A stretch of DNA of 63,154 nt, filler included, from Octopus bimaculoides (taxonomy: Eukaryota): the NCBI RefSeq assembly GCF_001194135.2. It is 6 parts of 5 records of this genome, joined end to end, with 100 filler letters (N's around TTAATTAATTAA, not from the genome) between each part and the next. Parts side by side here need not be neighbours in the genome. Positions count along the whole stretch, not along the records: positions 24,031 to 54,160 come from NC_068985.1; 5 more parts are not named here. The stretch is one strand, 5' to 3'. This document shows positions 25,964 through 37,969 of the stretch, one piece after another. The notes under the pieces were generated by a model. That model was not told where the DNA came from, did not search any database, and was given only the letters and a program-made list of their open reading frames with translations. A program made the translations under genes and the position numbers. Each line of letters starts with the position of its first letter. The first letter of the stretch is position 1.

Positions 25964-26035
25964 TTTTACTCTGGGAATTAAACTGGATATTGAATAACAG
26001 CAGAGTCAAGAAATATTCTGTGTTCTTCAGATCTG
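25964..26035 (+). CDS. Candidate upstream 72-nt phase-1 exon of the IgSF gene
   Basis: Acceptor TCTTACCATTTAG, donor TG|GTAAGT; open frame xLLWELNWILNNSRVKKYSVFFRS; joins the next exon as D-P-P. No domain support. Confidence 0.35.
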
Positions 26036-26504
26036 GTAAGTATGGGGAAAAAAATATCTGTTTTGAGGAAACTAAAAAATGAAATTAATAATGTAATACA
26101 ATTCATGAAGTTTAGCAAAATGTAGGCAAAACTTTACAAAAAGTTTTCACCTATAGATTTTCACAAATTTATTCCCTTAAACACCTCTGTTTTTTTGTAT
26201 TTTAGTTTGACATTAAAATTCCCTTATTTACAGCCTTTCTGCAGCCTTTCTTCTGAAACTCTATGTATTGCTAAGTGAATTTTGCCAACATCTTCAAAAT
26301 CTAAATGGTAGTCTGATGAAATTCTTGGATACAAGGATTATTTTTGTTAGGATTTGAAAATTTGTATTGGATATTTTCTTCCAGTGTTAAAGATTGCAAC
26401 ACTAACAGAATTTATTGAAAATTTTCCCATTTTTATGCATCACTAAAGAATAAAATATCTTCATGCAAGTATTTATGTAAATAATCTGATTTCCTTTTAT
26501 ACAG

Positions 26505-26759
26505 ATCCACCTAAAACAATAGAAATCAAGGCTGATGAACCCTTTCTTGAGGGTTCCAAAGGCATTTTGCATTGTAAAGCAATAAATGGATATCCAGAAA
26601 AGTACAGCTACAGGTGGGATCCAAATAACAACACCTCACAAAATTTCACACTTCCTCAACTCAAACGAACACACAATAATAAGGTTTGCACTTGTTATGC
26701 TTCTAACATGTGCAATAAGAAAAGAGAATTACATAAAACACATTGGATCAATGTAGAAT
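26505..26759 (+). CDS. IgSF receptor, Ig domain exon 1
   Basis: TTCCTTTTATACAG acceptor, T|GTAAGT donor, 255 nt phase 1-1; PPKTIEI...GILHCKAINGYPEKYSYRW...KVCTCYASN...INVE. Confidence 0.9.
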
Positions 26760-27304
26760 GTAAGTTGAAATGTTATAATTCTATTATAAATCTGTGAAAT
26801 AATTTGTTATTTACGTTCAAAAAAAAAAAATACTGTGATATTTTCATTTTCATCTTTGTTAATTTTGTTTTTTAACAGAAAATTTTTACTTAATTGATTT
26901 TCTTTGTTTTTCCAAAATAACACGTTTCATAAAATTACAAATTGTAGATTGTGGCTTACCAAAATTATTTCAAAATATTAAGTTTTAAACAGCACACAGC
27001 TGGATATACTGGAAACAGGTTTTTCTATATCACATACCAATGGTCTCTAACATTAGCAAAACTTTGAATAGTGTCTGATTAGAAATGCCTACCTTTTAGA
27101 AACCATCTAATTTTTTGAATTGCAAGTTTCTGATCAGTCTACTCTCTCATAACATGTGTTAATATAACAATCTCTGAACCACATTCTTGTGTGCCTCAAA
27201 ATTTCTGCACTGTATATTGATCACATAAACATTATAATGTTTGTTTTTTCAAACAACATACTGTCATACATATTATACCCCATTTTATCCCTGCTCAACT
27301 TTCC

Positions 27305-29232
27305 ATGTACAGGGATGCTGTCAATAAGGTGAGGGTTGGCAATGAGTATAGTGAAAAATTCCTGGTAGAAATAAGGATTCACCAAGGATCAGTCCTCAGA
27401 CCCCCTCTTGTTCATCATAGTCCTTTTGGCAATAACAGAGGAATTTAAGACAGGCTGCCCCTGGAGCTCCTCTATGCTGATGACCTTGCTCTAATTGCTG
27501 AGTCACTACCAGAACTAGAGAAGAAGTTTCAGGTGTGGAGGCAAGGTCTAGAATCAAAGGGCCTTAGTCAATCTAGCAAAAACCAAAGTCTTAGTAAGTA
27601 GGAAAGCAGACAAATCACAAATCCCTAGAAAAGGCATATGTAGAAACTCCAGAAGATGTACCCAATGTAAGCTATAATCACAGAAGAGGTGCAGCAGTAT
27701 CAAAGGAACGTTAACAGGAAAGATAGTTTTTGTGTGTGGCAAATGCACAGGTGCAATAAACACCAAAGATGTACTGAAAACAGATTCCATCACATGCCAG
27801 GGGTAAAAATTAGAAGTAGTTGATAGCTTCCTATACCTAGGCGACCAAGTCAGTAGTGGGCGTGGATGTTCTGAGAGCATAGCTGTTAATATAAGAACAG
27901 GCTGGATAAAGTTCAGAGAGCTCTTACCTCTGCTAGTAAGAAAGGGCCTCTCACTCAGAGTGAAAGGTAGACTGTATGATGCCTGTTTGCTAACAGCTAT
28001 GCCACATGGCAGTGAAACATGGGCTGTGACTGCTGAGGACATGCATAGGCTTGAAAGAAATGAAGCTAGTATGCTCCACTGGATGTGTAATGTCAATGAC
28101 AGAGCGTAAGTGCCCTAAGAGAAATTTTGGACATAAAAAGCATCAGATGTGGTGTGCAAGAAAGACAGCATCAGATGTGGCATGCCCTGGTATGGTCATG
28201 TGTGGCATATGGATGAGGACAGCTTTGCAAAGACGGGCACACCCTAACAGTGGAGGGAACTTGTGGAAGAGGTAGACCCAGGAAGACATGGGATAAAGTG
28301 GTGAAGCATGACCTTCAAATGTTGAGCCTCACAGAGGCAATGACAAGTAATTGAGACCTTTGGAGGCATGCTGTACTTGAGAAGACCCGGCAAGCCAAGT
28401 GAGATCATAGTCATGGCCGATGCCGTAACTAGCACATTTAAAAGCACACTTCAATCATTGAATAATATGCCATGCTTGTGAAGACCTCTGGAACTGAGTG
28501 AAATTGTAGTCGTGGCCCATGCCAGTACTGCCTGACTGGCACCCATGCCGGTGGCATGTAAAAATCACCATTCAAGCATGGCCAATGTCAGCGCCGCCTG
28601 ACTGGCACCCGTGCTGGTCGCACTTAGAAAGCACCATTTGAATGTGACTGATGCCAGTGCTGCCAGACTGGTACCCATGCTGGTGGCATGTAAAAAGCAC
28701 CATTTGAGCATGGCCGATGCCATTGCCACCTGACTGGTTTCCATATCAGTAGCATGTAAAAAGCACCATTCAAGCATGGCCAATACTAGTTCTGCCTGAC
28801 TGGCACCTGTGCCAGTGGTACGTAAAAAGCACTGTTCGAGCATGGTTGATGCCAATGTGACCTGACTGACACCTGTGTTGGTGGCATGTAAAAAGCACCA
28901 TTTGAGTGTAGTCAATGCCAGTGCCACCTGAGTGGCACCTGTGCTGGTGGTGTATAAAAAGCACCATTTGAGCATGGCCGATGCCATTGCCACCTGACCG
29001 GCACCCATGCTGGTGGCACATAAAAAGCACCATTTGAGCATGGCCAATGCTATTGCCTCTTGATTGGCTCTCAGAGTGGTTGGCATTAGGAAGGGCATCC
29101 AGCTGTTGAAACCTTGCCAGAACAGATTGGAGCCTGGTGCAGTCTCCCTGCTTGCCAGTCTTCAGTCAAACTGTCCAACCCATACTAGCATGGAAAGCAG
29201 ACGATAAACAATGATGATGATGATGATGATGA
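27305..29232 (+). mobile_element. RTE-clade LINE, 5'-truncated, with (GAT)n tail
   Basis: YRDAVNKVRVGNEYSEKF...IHQGSVL...LYADDLALIAESLPELEKKFQVWRQGLESKGL; frameshifts; tail GGAAGGGCATCCAGC...ATGATGATG. Confidence 0.93.
28500..29075 (+). repeat. 66-bp minisatellite (about 8 units) in the RTE 3' UTR
   Basis: AAAAAGCAC recurs at 28692, 28758, 28824, 28890, 28956 and 29022 (66-bp period), with diverged units upstream. Confidence 0.95.
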
Positions 29233-30006
29233 AGGAGGAAAGGCCAAGTTGATTTCAGTGACATATGAACTCCTGACATACAAAATGTAAGCAAATACAA
29301 GGTGTTTCATCTGAACAATGAAGAAAAGGGTCTTTATCTTATAACATATTATCTAAAATCAAAGTGGTGAATTTACAACTGGAACATTGAATTGAATGCT
29401 TCATGGTATTTTTTCCTACTCACTGCTCTTTGAAATCAAACTCCTGTGAAATCAACTTTGCTTTCATTCTTTCAAGATCAATAATAATGTACAAATCCAG
29501 GACAGTGTATTGATGTCATCACTTTGCCTATAATGACACTTGTATCAAACTGTATCAGCTTTACTTTTCTGTTGCACATCATTATTGCATAGAATTAGGA
29601 GACTTCCATGGAAGGGCAACTACTAGTCTTCCATGAAAACTGACCCAGGCTTGTGTCTTGGAGAACTTGCCAACTCAGAAACTCATGGCCAACCATAATT
29701 AAAGGAGGCTCGAAAAACTTTATTATATAAACATTTATATATATCATCATCATCATCATGTCGTTCAAAGTTCATTCTTCTTGCAGTGGGTTGGATGGTT
29801 TGACATGGAATTGGCCAGCAGGCCAGACTCCATTTCACTGTACTCATTGGTTCATGTATGATTCATGTATAGTTCTTGTTTTATTTAATGGTTGCCAAAT
29901 ACTCAAAGTTTATTATTATTGAGCTGCTGTAGTAAAATTTACTTCAGTAAGCATTACGAAATGCCTACTAAAGTAAATTCTATTAATAGAGACTATTGAT
30001 TGAATG

Positions 30007-30497
30007 TGTAGTGAGGCACAAGAAGCCAGCACCATTTTGTACGAGATCTCACCGGTAGCCATTACCATGTCTGAGACAGGAGCAAGATCTCAACTGCAAC
30101 CATTTGCCATGCGTGAGACGACAGCGAGACTCTCATCGGCAACGACTATATAAGCAGGAGCATTAAGATATTCACCCTCTTTTCTCCTTCTCACTTATGC
30201 TGAGAAACACTGCGAAGCAGGCAGCTCACAGCGGACTCTTAACCCGCTCTAATCTCACCTGTTATCTTCAGAAGTAATGAACCACACGTGAACACAGCTA
30301 TAACAAACCATGCACTGTCATGGAAATGGTCACTGGGAATGAGCCACATGAACGAGAACTAAAATAAATGATTATTGAATCGCATCTGCTTGTAAGCTTC
30401 TTCTTCGAGTTCCAGATCCTTAAGACTACAGAAAATAATTATAATGGGAGAAGGTGATGCTCCACAGGTATCATGAATCTTCAGTTGCTTTATAAAA
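30007..30497 (+). mobile_element. Gypsy 5' LTR
   Basis: Starts TGTAGTG and is followed by the PBS at 30498. An internal ACTACA at 30425-30430 is an alternative end. Confidence 0.7.
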
Positions 30498-30510
30498 TGG
30501 TGACCCTGAC
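30498..30510 (+). promoter_or_regulatory. Primer-binding site, tRNA-Trp type
   Basis: TGGTGACCCTGAC matches 12/13 of the tRNA-Trp PBS TGGTGACCCCGAC. Confidence 0.75.
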
Positions 30511-33468
30511 AGAAAAAGGATTTCAGCAGCCACAAGCTTTATCGTGTAGATGTCTCAACCGAACTACAGACTGGTGGTTTTTGCTCACTCTCAACTAAAA
30601 AAATCAATGGCCACAACTCCAGCCATCCATCAATTTCCAACAAGCCGACCATCAACTTCCAGTCATTGTTCCTGTCTACTGCAATATTCGGATTGCCTCA
30701 CATGTTGAAAAACAAAGTTACCAGTTCGCCCTCCATTTTCTGATGACTTCTTAAACAAAAAAAAAACAAGCACACAAACATTTTTTTCAGCAGACTGCAA
30801 CACACGTTTGGCACCCCAAAACAAAAAATTTTTTTCTTTCATTGCTGCACACAGTACACGAACAATTCAAAGATTTTGCTAAGGAAAAAATTTTTTTTCT
30901 TACACACATGTTACTATTCCAGCAACACTTTGTCGATTCTTTGGTCCTTTTCTTTTCCCTCCTCTGTAGGGAAAGAAAAACGAGTCTTCTCAACTTACCT
31001 GCATACTCTGGTGATGCCACGCTTTGGTTCGCTCAGTTGGATGCATATTTTTCACCATAGCGGACAAGATCATAGAGTTCACTGTGCAACTGACACCTCA
31101 CCGTACCTGTTCAGACCCCGTAGTAGCTTTCTCTACTACCACAAAGTCTTCTCCCTCATCACATGACATTTTGGAGAGAGTCGTTGCATTAGCATGTCAC
31201 ATGGACACATTGTGGCAAGAACATGCCAGCTCTCGTCGTCCTCACAGCAGAAGCCATTCTAAGTCATGGTTGTCTAGTTCTATTCCAACGGTTTCCAATC
31301 TCTGCTGGTACCATGTGACATTCAAGGACAAAGCCCGTCGATGCATCCAGCTCTGTTCAGTCAAGCTGTCAGAAAACTAGTTATGAAAGATTTAGGCACA
31401 TCAAATTCTTCCCACAATTTTTCATCTCATCGTGCATTCTATGTGTCTAACAAATCGATCATGGTTGACACCAGATCCAGCTGTTCTATTTGGCCTTTTG
31501 CATCTTACTTCAGACAAGCTGAAGCAATCTGCAATTAACCTACACGCAGTGAATCTATCGCTGAGAAAAACTTACGGTCAGGTTTCATTACACCTAGATC
31601 TCAACCTTCAAAGGGATTTTAGGTGGGTTTTTGTTAAAGCAGATCTACCATACCCCATTCTGGGTGCGCACTTCTTAAACCACTTTCACTTATTAGCAGA
31701 TGTCAGGCAACAGAGACTCGTGGACGATTCTGCATCTTCGTTTACACCTACTTGGGTAACTACTAATGCTGTTCTCAGCCCATCATTTTTTGTTGCCACT
31801 CCTAGTGACCAGTTCCACTTCCTTTGGCTTCTTTCCCATTATATCACTACTACTAGACCACCCGTCTTTTCACGTCCACAGCGACTCGCTCCTGATTGGC
31901 TCAAAAAGTCTTGACCTAAGTTCGAGCATATGCTTTAACTCAGCCTTATTCACCCCTCCATCCGCCCTTGGGCATCTCCTCAACATTTGGCATGGAAGGG
32001 AATTCTGACTTTCACGCAGTGGGGGATTACAGACATTTGAATGTGGTCACTGTTCCTGATCACTATCTTATAAGGAATCTCCAGTATTTTTCTTCAAACT
32101 TGCATGGTTGTACTATTTTTTCCAAGGTTGACCTCATCCAAGCTTATCATCATATTCCAATGAACCCTGACGACATTCCCAAAACTGCCATTCCCACCTC
32201 CTTTGAAAGTTTCAAGTTCCTATTTATGAGCTTCGGTTTGCGGAATGTAATGAGTACATTCCAGAGGTTTATCGATGAAGTTGTCCATGGACTTGATTTT
32301 GTGTTCGCTTACATCGATGATTTGATCATAGCTAGCAACACGTGTGAAAATCACCTCCAACACTTATCTCAACAGCATCTTCGCATCTACAATCTGTGAA
32401 TCAACCCCAATAAGTGTGTTATCAGACAGACCTCTTCAGAATTCCTAGGTCATTATATCGACTCTAATGGTATCCGACCTCTCTCCTCCAAAGTCAATGC
32501 AATTCAGTGCATCTCACCTCCCACTTCTCTACACCAACTGTGTCACTTCTTGGGAATTATCAACTTTTACAGGAGGTTCATACATAAATGTGCAGACAAG
32601 TTACTTCCCTTGACTCAACTACTGAAAGCAAATACAAAAACAAATTCTCCTATCACACTAGGCATTATCTTCTTTTGAGTCAATCAAGAAGGAAATAGCT
32701 TCTGTTCCTTTGCTTGCACATCCAGTTCCTGATGCTCATCTCTCTTTAACAGTTGATGCATCGGATTCTGCTTTTGGTGCTGTTTTGCAACATACCGTCG
32801 ACAATCAAACTCAACCTTTGGCATTTTTCACATCAATTACAGCCAGCTGAACGTTGTTACAGTACGTTTGATCATGAACTCTGAGCAATCTACTTGTCAG
32901 TTCATCATTTTCAACATCAACTCGAGGGCAAGGATTTTGTGATTTATACTGATCACAAGCCTCTTATGTTTGCTCTGTCATCTAAATCAGACAGACACTC
33001 GCCTCATGCTTTTCATCACCTGGACTACATTTCCCAGATCATGAGTGATATTTGGCATATACCTGGAACAGAGAATGTGCCTGATGATGCATTATCTCAT
33101 TTCCTTGTATGTTCTCTTTCGTCTCCTGCTGCAATTGATTTAACTGCCATTGCGCAGGATCAGCCAGCTCTGGACACATTGGATCTAATTTCCACCAAGT
33201 TGTCCTGTTGCAAGTTTGCCTATCTTCCACTTCCATCTGCTCAAGGCACAATCTTTTGTGACACAGCTACTGGTTCCCCCAGGCCATTTGTATCTGAGAA
33301 CCACCTGCGTTCAGTTTTTGATGCCTTGCATTCACTGTCACATCCTGGCATCACTGCCTCGGTTAAGCTTATTACAGCTCAGTTTTTCTGGCCTAATATG
33401 CACTACATGATCACCACTTGGGCACACTCTTGTGTGAAATGCCAGCGTTCTAAAATCCACAGGCATAA
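30498..33468 (+). mobile_element. Ty3/Gypsy internal region (gag, protease, RT, RNase H, integrase zinc finger), 3'-truncated and frameshifted
   Basis: LWFAQLDAYF and CWYH gag motifs; MVDTRSSCSIWP and PILGAHFL protease; DYRHLN, FSKVDLIQAYHHIP, FAYIDDLIIAS RT; VDASD and YTDHKPL RNase H; HSLSHPG...SCVKC integrase. Confidence 0.95.
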
Positions 33469-34084
33469 ATGCTTAGGATCTGCCTATAATATATATATAT
33501 CTAAAACTAAAATACTTGGTATGTTCATTGGGTCTAATTTTATTGTTTGCGTTATATGATTGAAATTGTAGCAGTGTTGGTACAGGAAGTGCAGTTGTAT
33601 ACAGAAAGTATTTAAAGCTTGTAGTAATCATAGTTTAATGTTTAATTATTGCTGTTGTTTATGCACAAAGAATTTCCAACAATGATTGGCATCACTTCCT
33701 AATGCCAACAATGATTGACATTAGGAAGGGAATCCAGCTATAAACACCATACCAAAAGAGATAGTGAAGTTTAGTGCAGTCCTCCAGTTTGCCAGCTCCC
33801 ATTGAACCATTCAATTCACACCAGCATAGAAAACGATCATCATCACCATCTTGTCTTTTTGTATATCATGAGCTACGTTGTTCAATAAACCCTCTCTTTT
33901 TCCAGACATTTAGATTTGATTTGAGATCCATGATAATTCTAGCAGACTGAATGGCCATTCAATACTTCACTCCTTGGTTCAAATGTTTTAACTACTTCTC
34001 TAATTGTAGATTTCTTTTCCAGCTTCAGAAAAAGGAGTTTATTGTGACATGGAAAGATAGGAAATTATGAAAAATGTACAGATA

Positions 34085-35380
34085 TCAGGTCATCCTATAA
34101 GTTCTATCTGAATTTTGAATAAAGAAAACAAGTGGTCAAATGTTATATTTAATTGGAATTTAATCATCAATGTACTTTCCTTGATTATCTATGACTTCCT
34201 TCCATCTATTTACAAGCTTTTTAATCCCATCAATGTAAAACTCTTTTGGTTTCAAAGCAAAGAACTCTGAAATGTCAGTTTTGACCTCCTCCCGGCTTGC
34301 GAAAGTTATGTCCCCCAAATGATTCTGCAAACTACGAAACAAATGGTAGTCTAGAGGAGCGAGGTTGAGAGAATAAGGTGGATGAAGAATTTTTTCCCAC
34401 CCAAGCTCTTCTATCTTCTGTAATGTGATCTTTGCAGTGTGGGGTCGTGCATTGTCCTGATGAAACATCACTCCTTTTCGATTCACTAAAGCAGGTCTTT
34501 TTTTTCTTCAAAGCTTCGTTCAAATGTTCTAATTGCTGACAGTAGACTTGAGCAGTGATTGTTGCATTAGGTGGGAACAATTCAAGGTGAATTGCTCCTT
34601 TGCAATCCCACCAGATAGAGAGAAGAACCTTTTTTCCATGAAGTTCCCTTCTCGATTGTAGTTGAGCTTTTTCCCTTTTACCAAGCCACTCTTTATGACG
34701 TTTAACATTTGAATAGAAGATCCATTTTCCGTCACCAGTCTATCCAAAGTCACCAAGTCTATCCAAAAAGGGTGAAATGAGTGTGCAAGAATGGAGAGAA
34801 GAGCAGATGTCAACTTGGGATTTGCAGTTGCTTTCGGACAATTCATGAGGCACCTGTTTTCCAAGTTTAGGAACCTTTCCAAGTTGTTGAAAATAATGAT
34901 GTACAGTTGTATAGTTTGAACTAAGCTTTATTGCCAATTCTTCAACTGATAATGCAGGGTTTTCTTCAAGTAATGCCTCAACGAGCTTATCATCAAACTC
35001 AACTGGACGTCCTGTTCGATCATCTTCAAGGCTGAAATCTCCACTTCTGAATTTTGTAAACCATCTTCTGCAAGTTCTTTCATTCAAGCATTCTTTCCCA
35101 TACTGAGTGTATGTTTCGAGTCACTTTGGCTGCAAAGTTTCCTTTTTTGTACTCATAAAGCATTATGTGCCTCAAATGCTCTTTGGGTACTTCCATGTTA
35201 GAAAGGGTTTTAATCAAAGAAATTTTAATTCTATTATTCTGTAAAATAATATTTAATTAGTTTAAATGTACACAAATGCATAAAAATAATTTTTTATTCC
35301 ATTAGATATTCTAAAATACTATTAAATTTCATTCAGTTCTAAAAAAGGTAAAATCGGACAGAACTTATGGGATGACCTGA
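34085..35380 (-). mobile_element. Complete mariner (Tc1/mariner) element with inactivated transposase
   Basis: 31-bp TIRs TCAGGTCATCCYATAAGTTCT... (4 mismatches), TA on both sides, 1296 bp; ATG at 35196; RRWFTKFRSGDFSLED, VPHEL, HQDNARPH, PPYSLNLAPLDYHLF; several frameshifts. Confidence 0.95.
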
Positions 35381-36379
35381 TATATAAAAATATACAGTGA
35401 AAGAAAATGAATAACTCGTTAAAAGATGAATGCATTTATTCAGTTTTCATTATTTATCATTGAACCCACTGGCCTTGAATTCCTGTACCAAAAATATATG
35501 ACTATATCCTACCAACCTAGTATTTTTTCTACCACATATTTGTGTTTAGCCCTGTTACTTGTACATTCTTTCTGCACTAATCAATAATCATTTTATGTTA
35601 CTGCTATAACTTGTGTTCTTCAAGAAGGTATTACTGTGAGTTTTATCAATTTTTTTGAGTGAGGTTTGGGGGAAATATGCTACATTGGAAACCAGCTAAC
35701 TGAGCCAATTAAATATTTAATTTTTAGTAATAAAACAGAGCGTCAGAATGGCTTTGATTAGCGCCATCAAAGTTATTATGAAAGCATATTACCTAACAGG
35801 TGAAGATAGCATGGTAGATTCTATTTCTGTATAAAATGTACAGCCTATATATGAAAGGTAGTCTCAGATTGCAGAGGAAGGGGTGTAGTAGCTCCTAATG
35901 CTTATGTTTGAATTTGTAATAACAATGATTTTCCATTTATTTCAAACTTACAGAGGTCTTGAGTCTAAATATAATCTCGATAAACTTACTGTAGGATTAG
36001 CTAATCATGGGGATTATCTGATCTGTTTGTTGGATGAAGTTTGGTAGCTATTAGTTGATGAAGCCAATAGTTAAGCTGTGTATATCAAATCAGCTACTCC
36101 CAATAACTGTTATGCAATGAACTTTTACCCAGTAATTGTGTGAATGAAGATAATTCTGTTGTTGATAAAGATGATAAAATCTACAAATTGAGAGAGATGA
36201 TAAATTCTACAAATCTCATCTTGTGTTATGTATATTTTTGAAAAACTGAAATTTTATTACAAATCATAACAAAATCTCTCACATGAAGAGAGTTGATCAA
36301 CTCAAAGAAATTCTCTGTCAAAAAGATAATATATCAAAGATAAACACATCATATTTTGACTATAATTGTGAGAATAAAT

Positions 36380-36690
36380 ATCATCATCATCATCATGTAA
36401 CATCTGTTTTCCATGCTGGCATGGGCTAAACAGTTTGAAAGGAGCAGGCAAGCCAGAAGATTGCACCAGACTTCACTGTTTGTTTTGGTATGGTTTTTAC
36501 AGCTGGATACCCTTCCTAACACCAACCACCTTACAGAGAGGATAGTGCATTTTGCATGGCATCAGCACCAGCAAGTTCTGTTTTGGCATGGTTTTTACAG
36601 CCTGATGCCCCTCCAAACAACAATCTCTTTACAGTGTGGATTGGATGCTTTTTACATGGCACAAGCCAGGGTCACAAGTGACTAACAAGA
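36380..36690 (-). mobile_element. RTE-type 3' tail fragment
   Basis: (CAT)n...CTGTTTTCCATGCTGGCATGGG...CAGCTGGATACCCTTCCTAACACC is the reverse complement of the tail of 27305-29232. Confidence 0.8.
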
Positions 36691-36836
36691 AAAAGATCCT
36701 CTGAGAGCAGGGTGCATTGGAGACGGTGGCCTTGTGCCAAGCAATGAAAGTTTACAGTGTGACAGAGGGACAGTAACAAGTATGTTGCTGTAGAGATATA
36801 TGGTTATCCAGTCAGAGAGAGAGACCAAGAAATAGA

Positions 36837-36891
<55 letters not shown>

Positions 36892-36958
36892 TGATCAAGA
36901 ATGATAAAAAGAGTGGAAGAGATTGAGAGTGCATGAAAGAAAAGGATTGGAGAAAGCA

Positions 36959-36989
<31 letters not shown>

Positions 36990-37720
36990 TGGTGGTAAAG
37001 TGCCAAGGCATGTACTCAAAATATGGGGATCAGAATATAAATAGGAAGATAGAATATTGCCAAGAGTGCATGAGTAGAGGGTAAGGACTTCACATGCATG
37101 CAAAGAGAGGGAGGTGGGGAATGCAGTGACTGTGAAACTCGAGTATATTGAGAATGTGGGGGACAACAGGATAGCAATGATGCAGTGAGGACAGGACTGG
37201 GAAGCGAGAGATAAGCATAGATTCTTGTTTATTTGCACTGGAGGTGATAACCATTGGAAAATTTGGCAACGACAGAAAACAAAAGAAGTGATTTAAAAGT
37301 TATCTCATTACAAATTAAACATAATTCATATTTGTTACATCATTGGCATCCCAGTCAAAATGCTTAGCAGTATTTCATTTGCATTTACATTTTAAGTTCA
37401 AATTCTGTAGACTTTGAGCATTGGGGTCAATGTAATCAAGGAGCTCTCACTCCAAAATTTCAGGTTTTGTGCCTATAGTAGAAAGGATTATATTTATTAC
37501 ATTTTTTTCCAATTGAATTTGCTAGTATTTTTTTCAGTTTATTTCTGTGATTTTCATGTAAATGGCTGGTGCTGGGTAGGAACTGCATACCTTGCAGAGT
37601 GTTAGGATTCAAAGAATTAAACATATTTCATAACAATTAATAGCAAAATGTTTCATAAAGTTTCTTTAAAATGTTTCTGTGTGTGATTTTTAATAGTTTT
37701 ATTTAATTATTTATTTATAG

Positions 37721-37969
37721 ATGAACCTGATATTACTGCATCAGAGGATGTGACATTAATTGAGAATCAAGCATCCATTGTAAACTGTTCTGCAAAAGGA
37801 AACCCTATCCCAGAAGTGAGGTTGGAATGTAGAAATCACAGTTTTCCTTCAAACTCCCCATTTACTTTTAATCGTAGAAATATCAGTGATGTTTTCTGTG
37901 TTGCCAATGCAAAGAGCACAAAGCATGGAAATCTGACATCTCGGAAAAAAATTAATATCCTGTTGAAAT
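37721..37969 (+). CDS. IgSF receptor, Ig domain exon 2
   Basis: TTATTTATAG acceptor, T|GTATGT donor, 249 nt phase 1-1; YEPDITASEDVTLIENQASIVNCSAKGNPIPEV...VFCVANAK...INILLK. Confidence 0.9.

Noticed and set aside
28565-29098. CRISPR-like array or 22-aa repeat protein gene
   Set aside because: Contiguous diverged units without unique spacers, inside a LINE 3' UTR; no cas genes; eukaryotic context.
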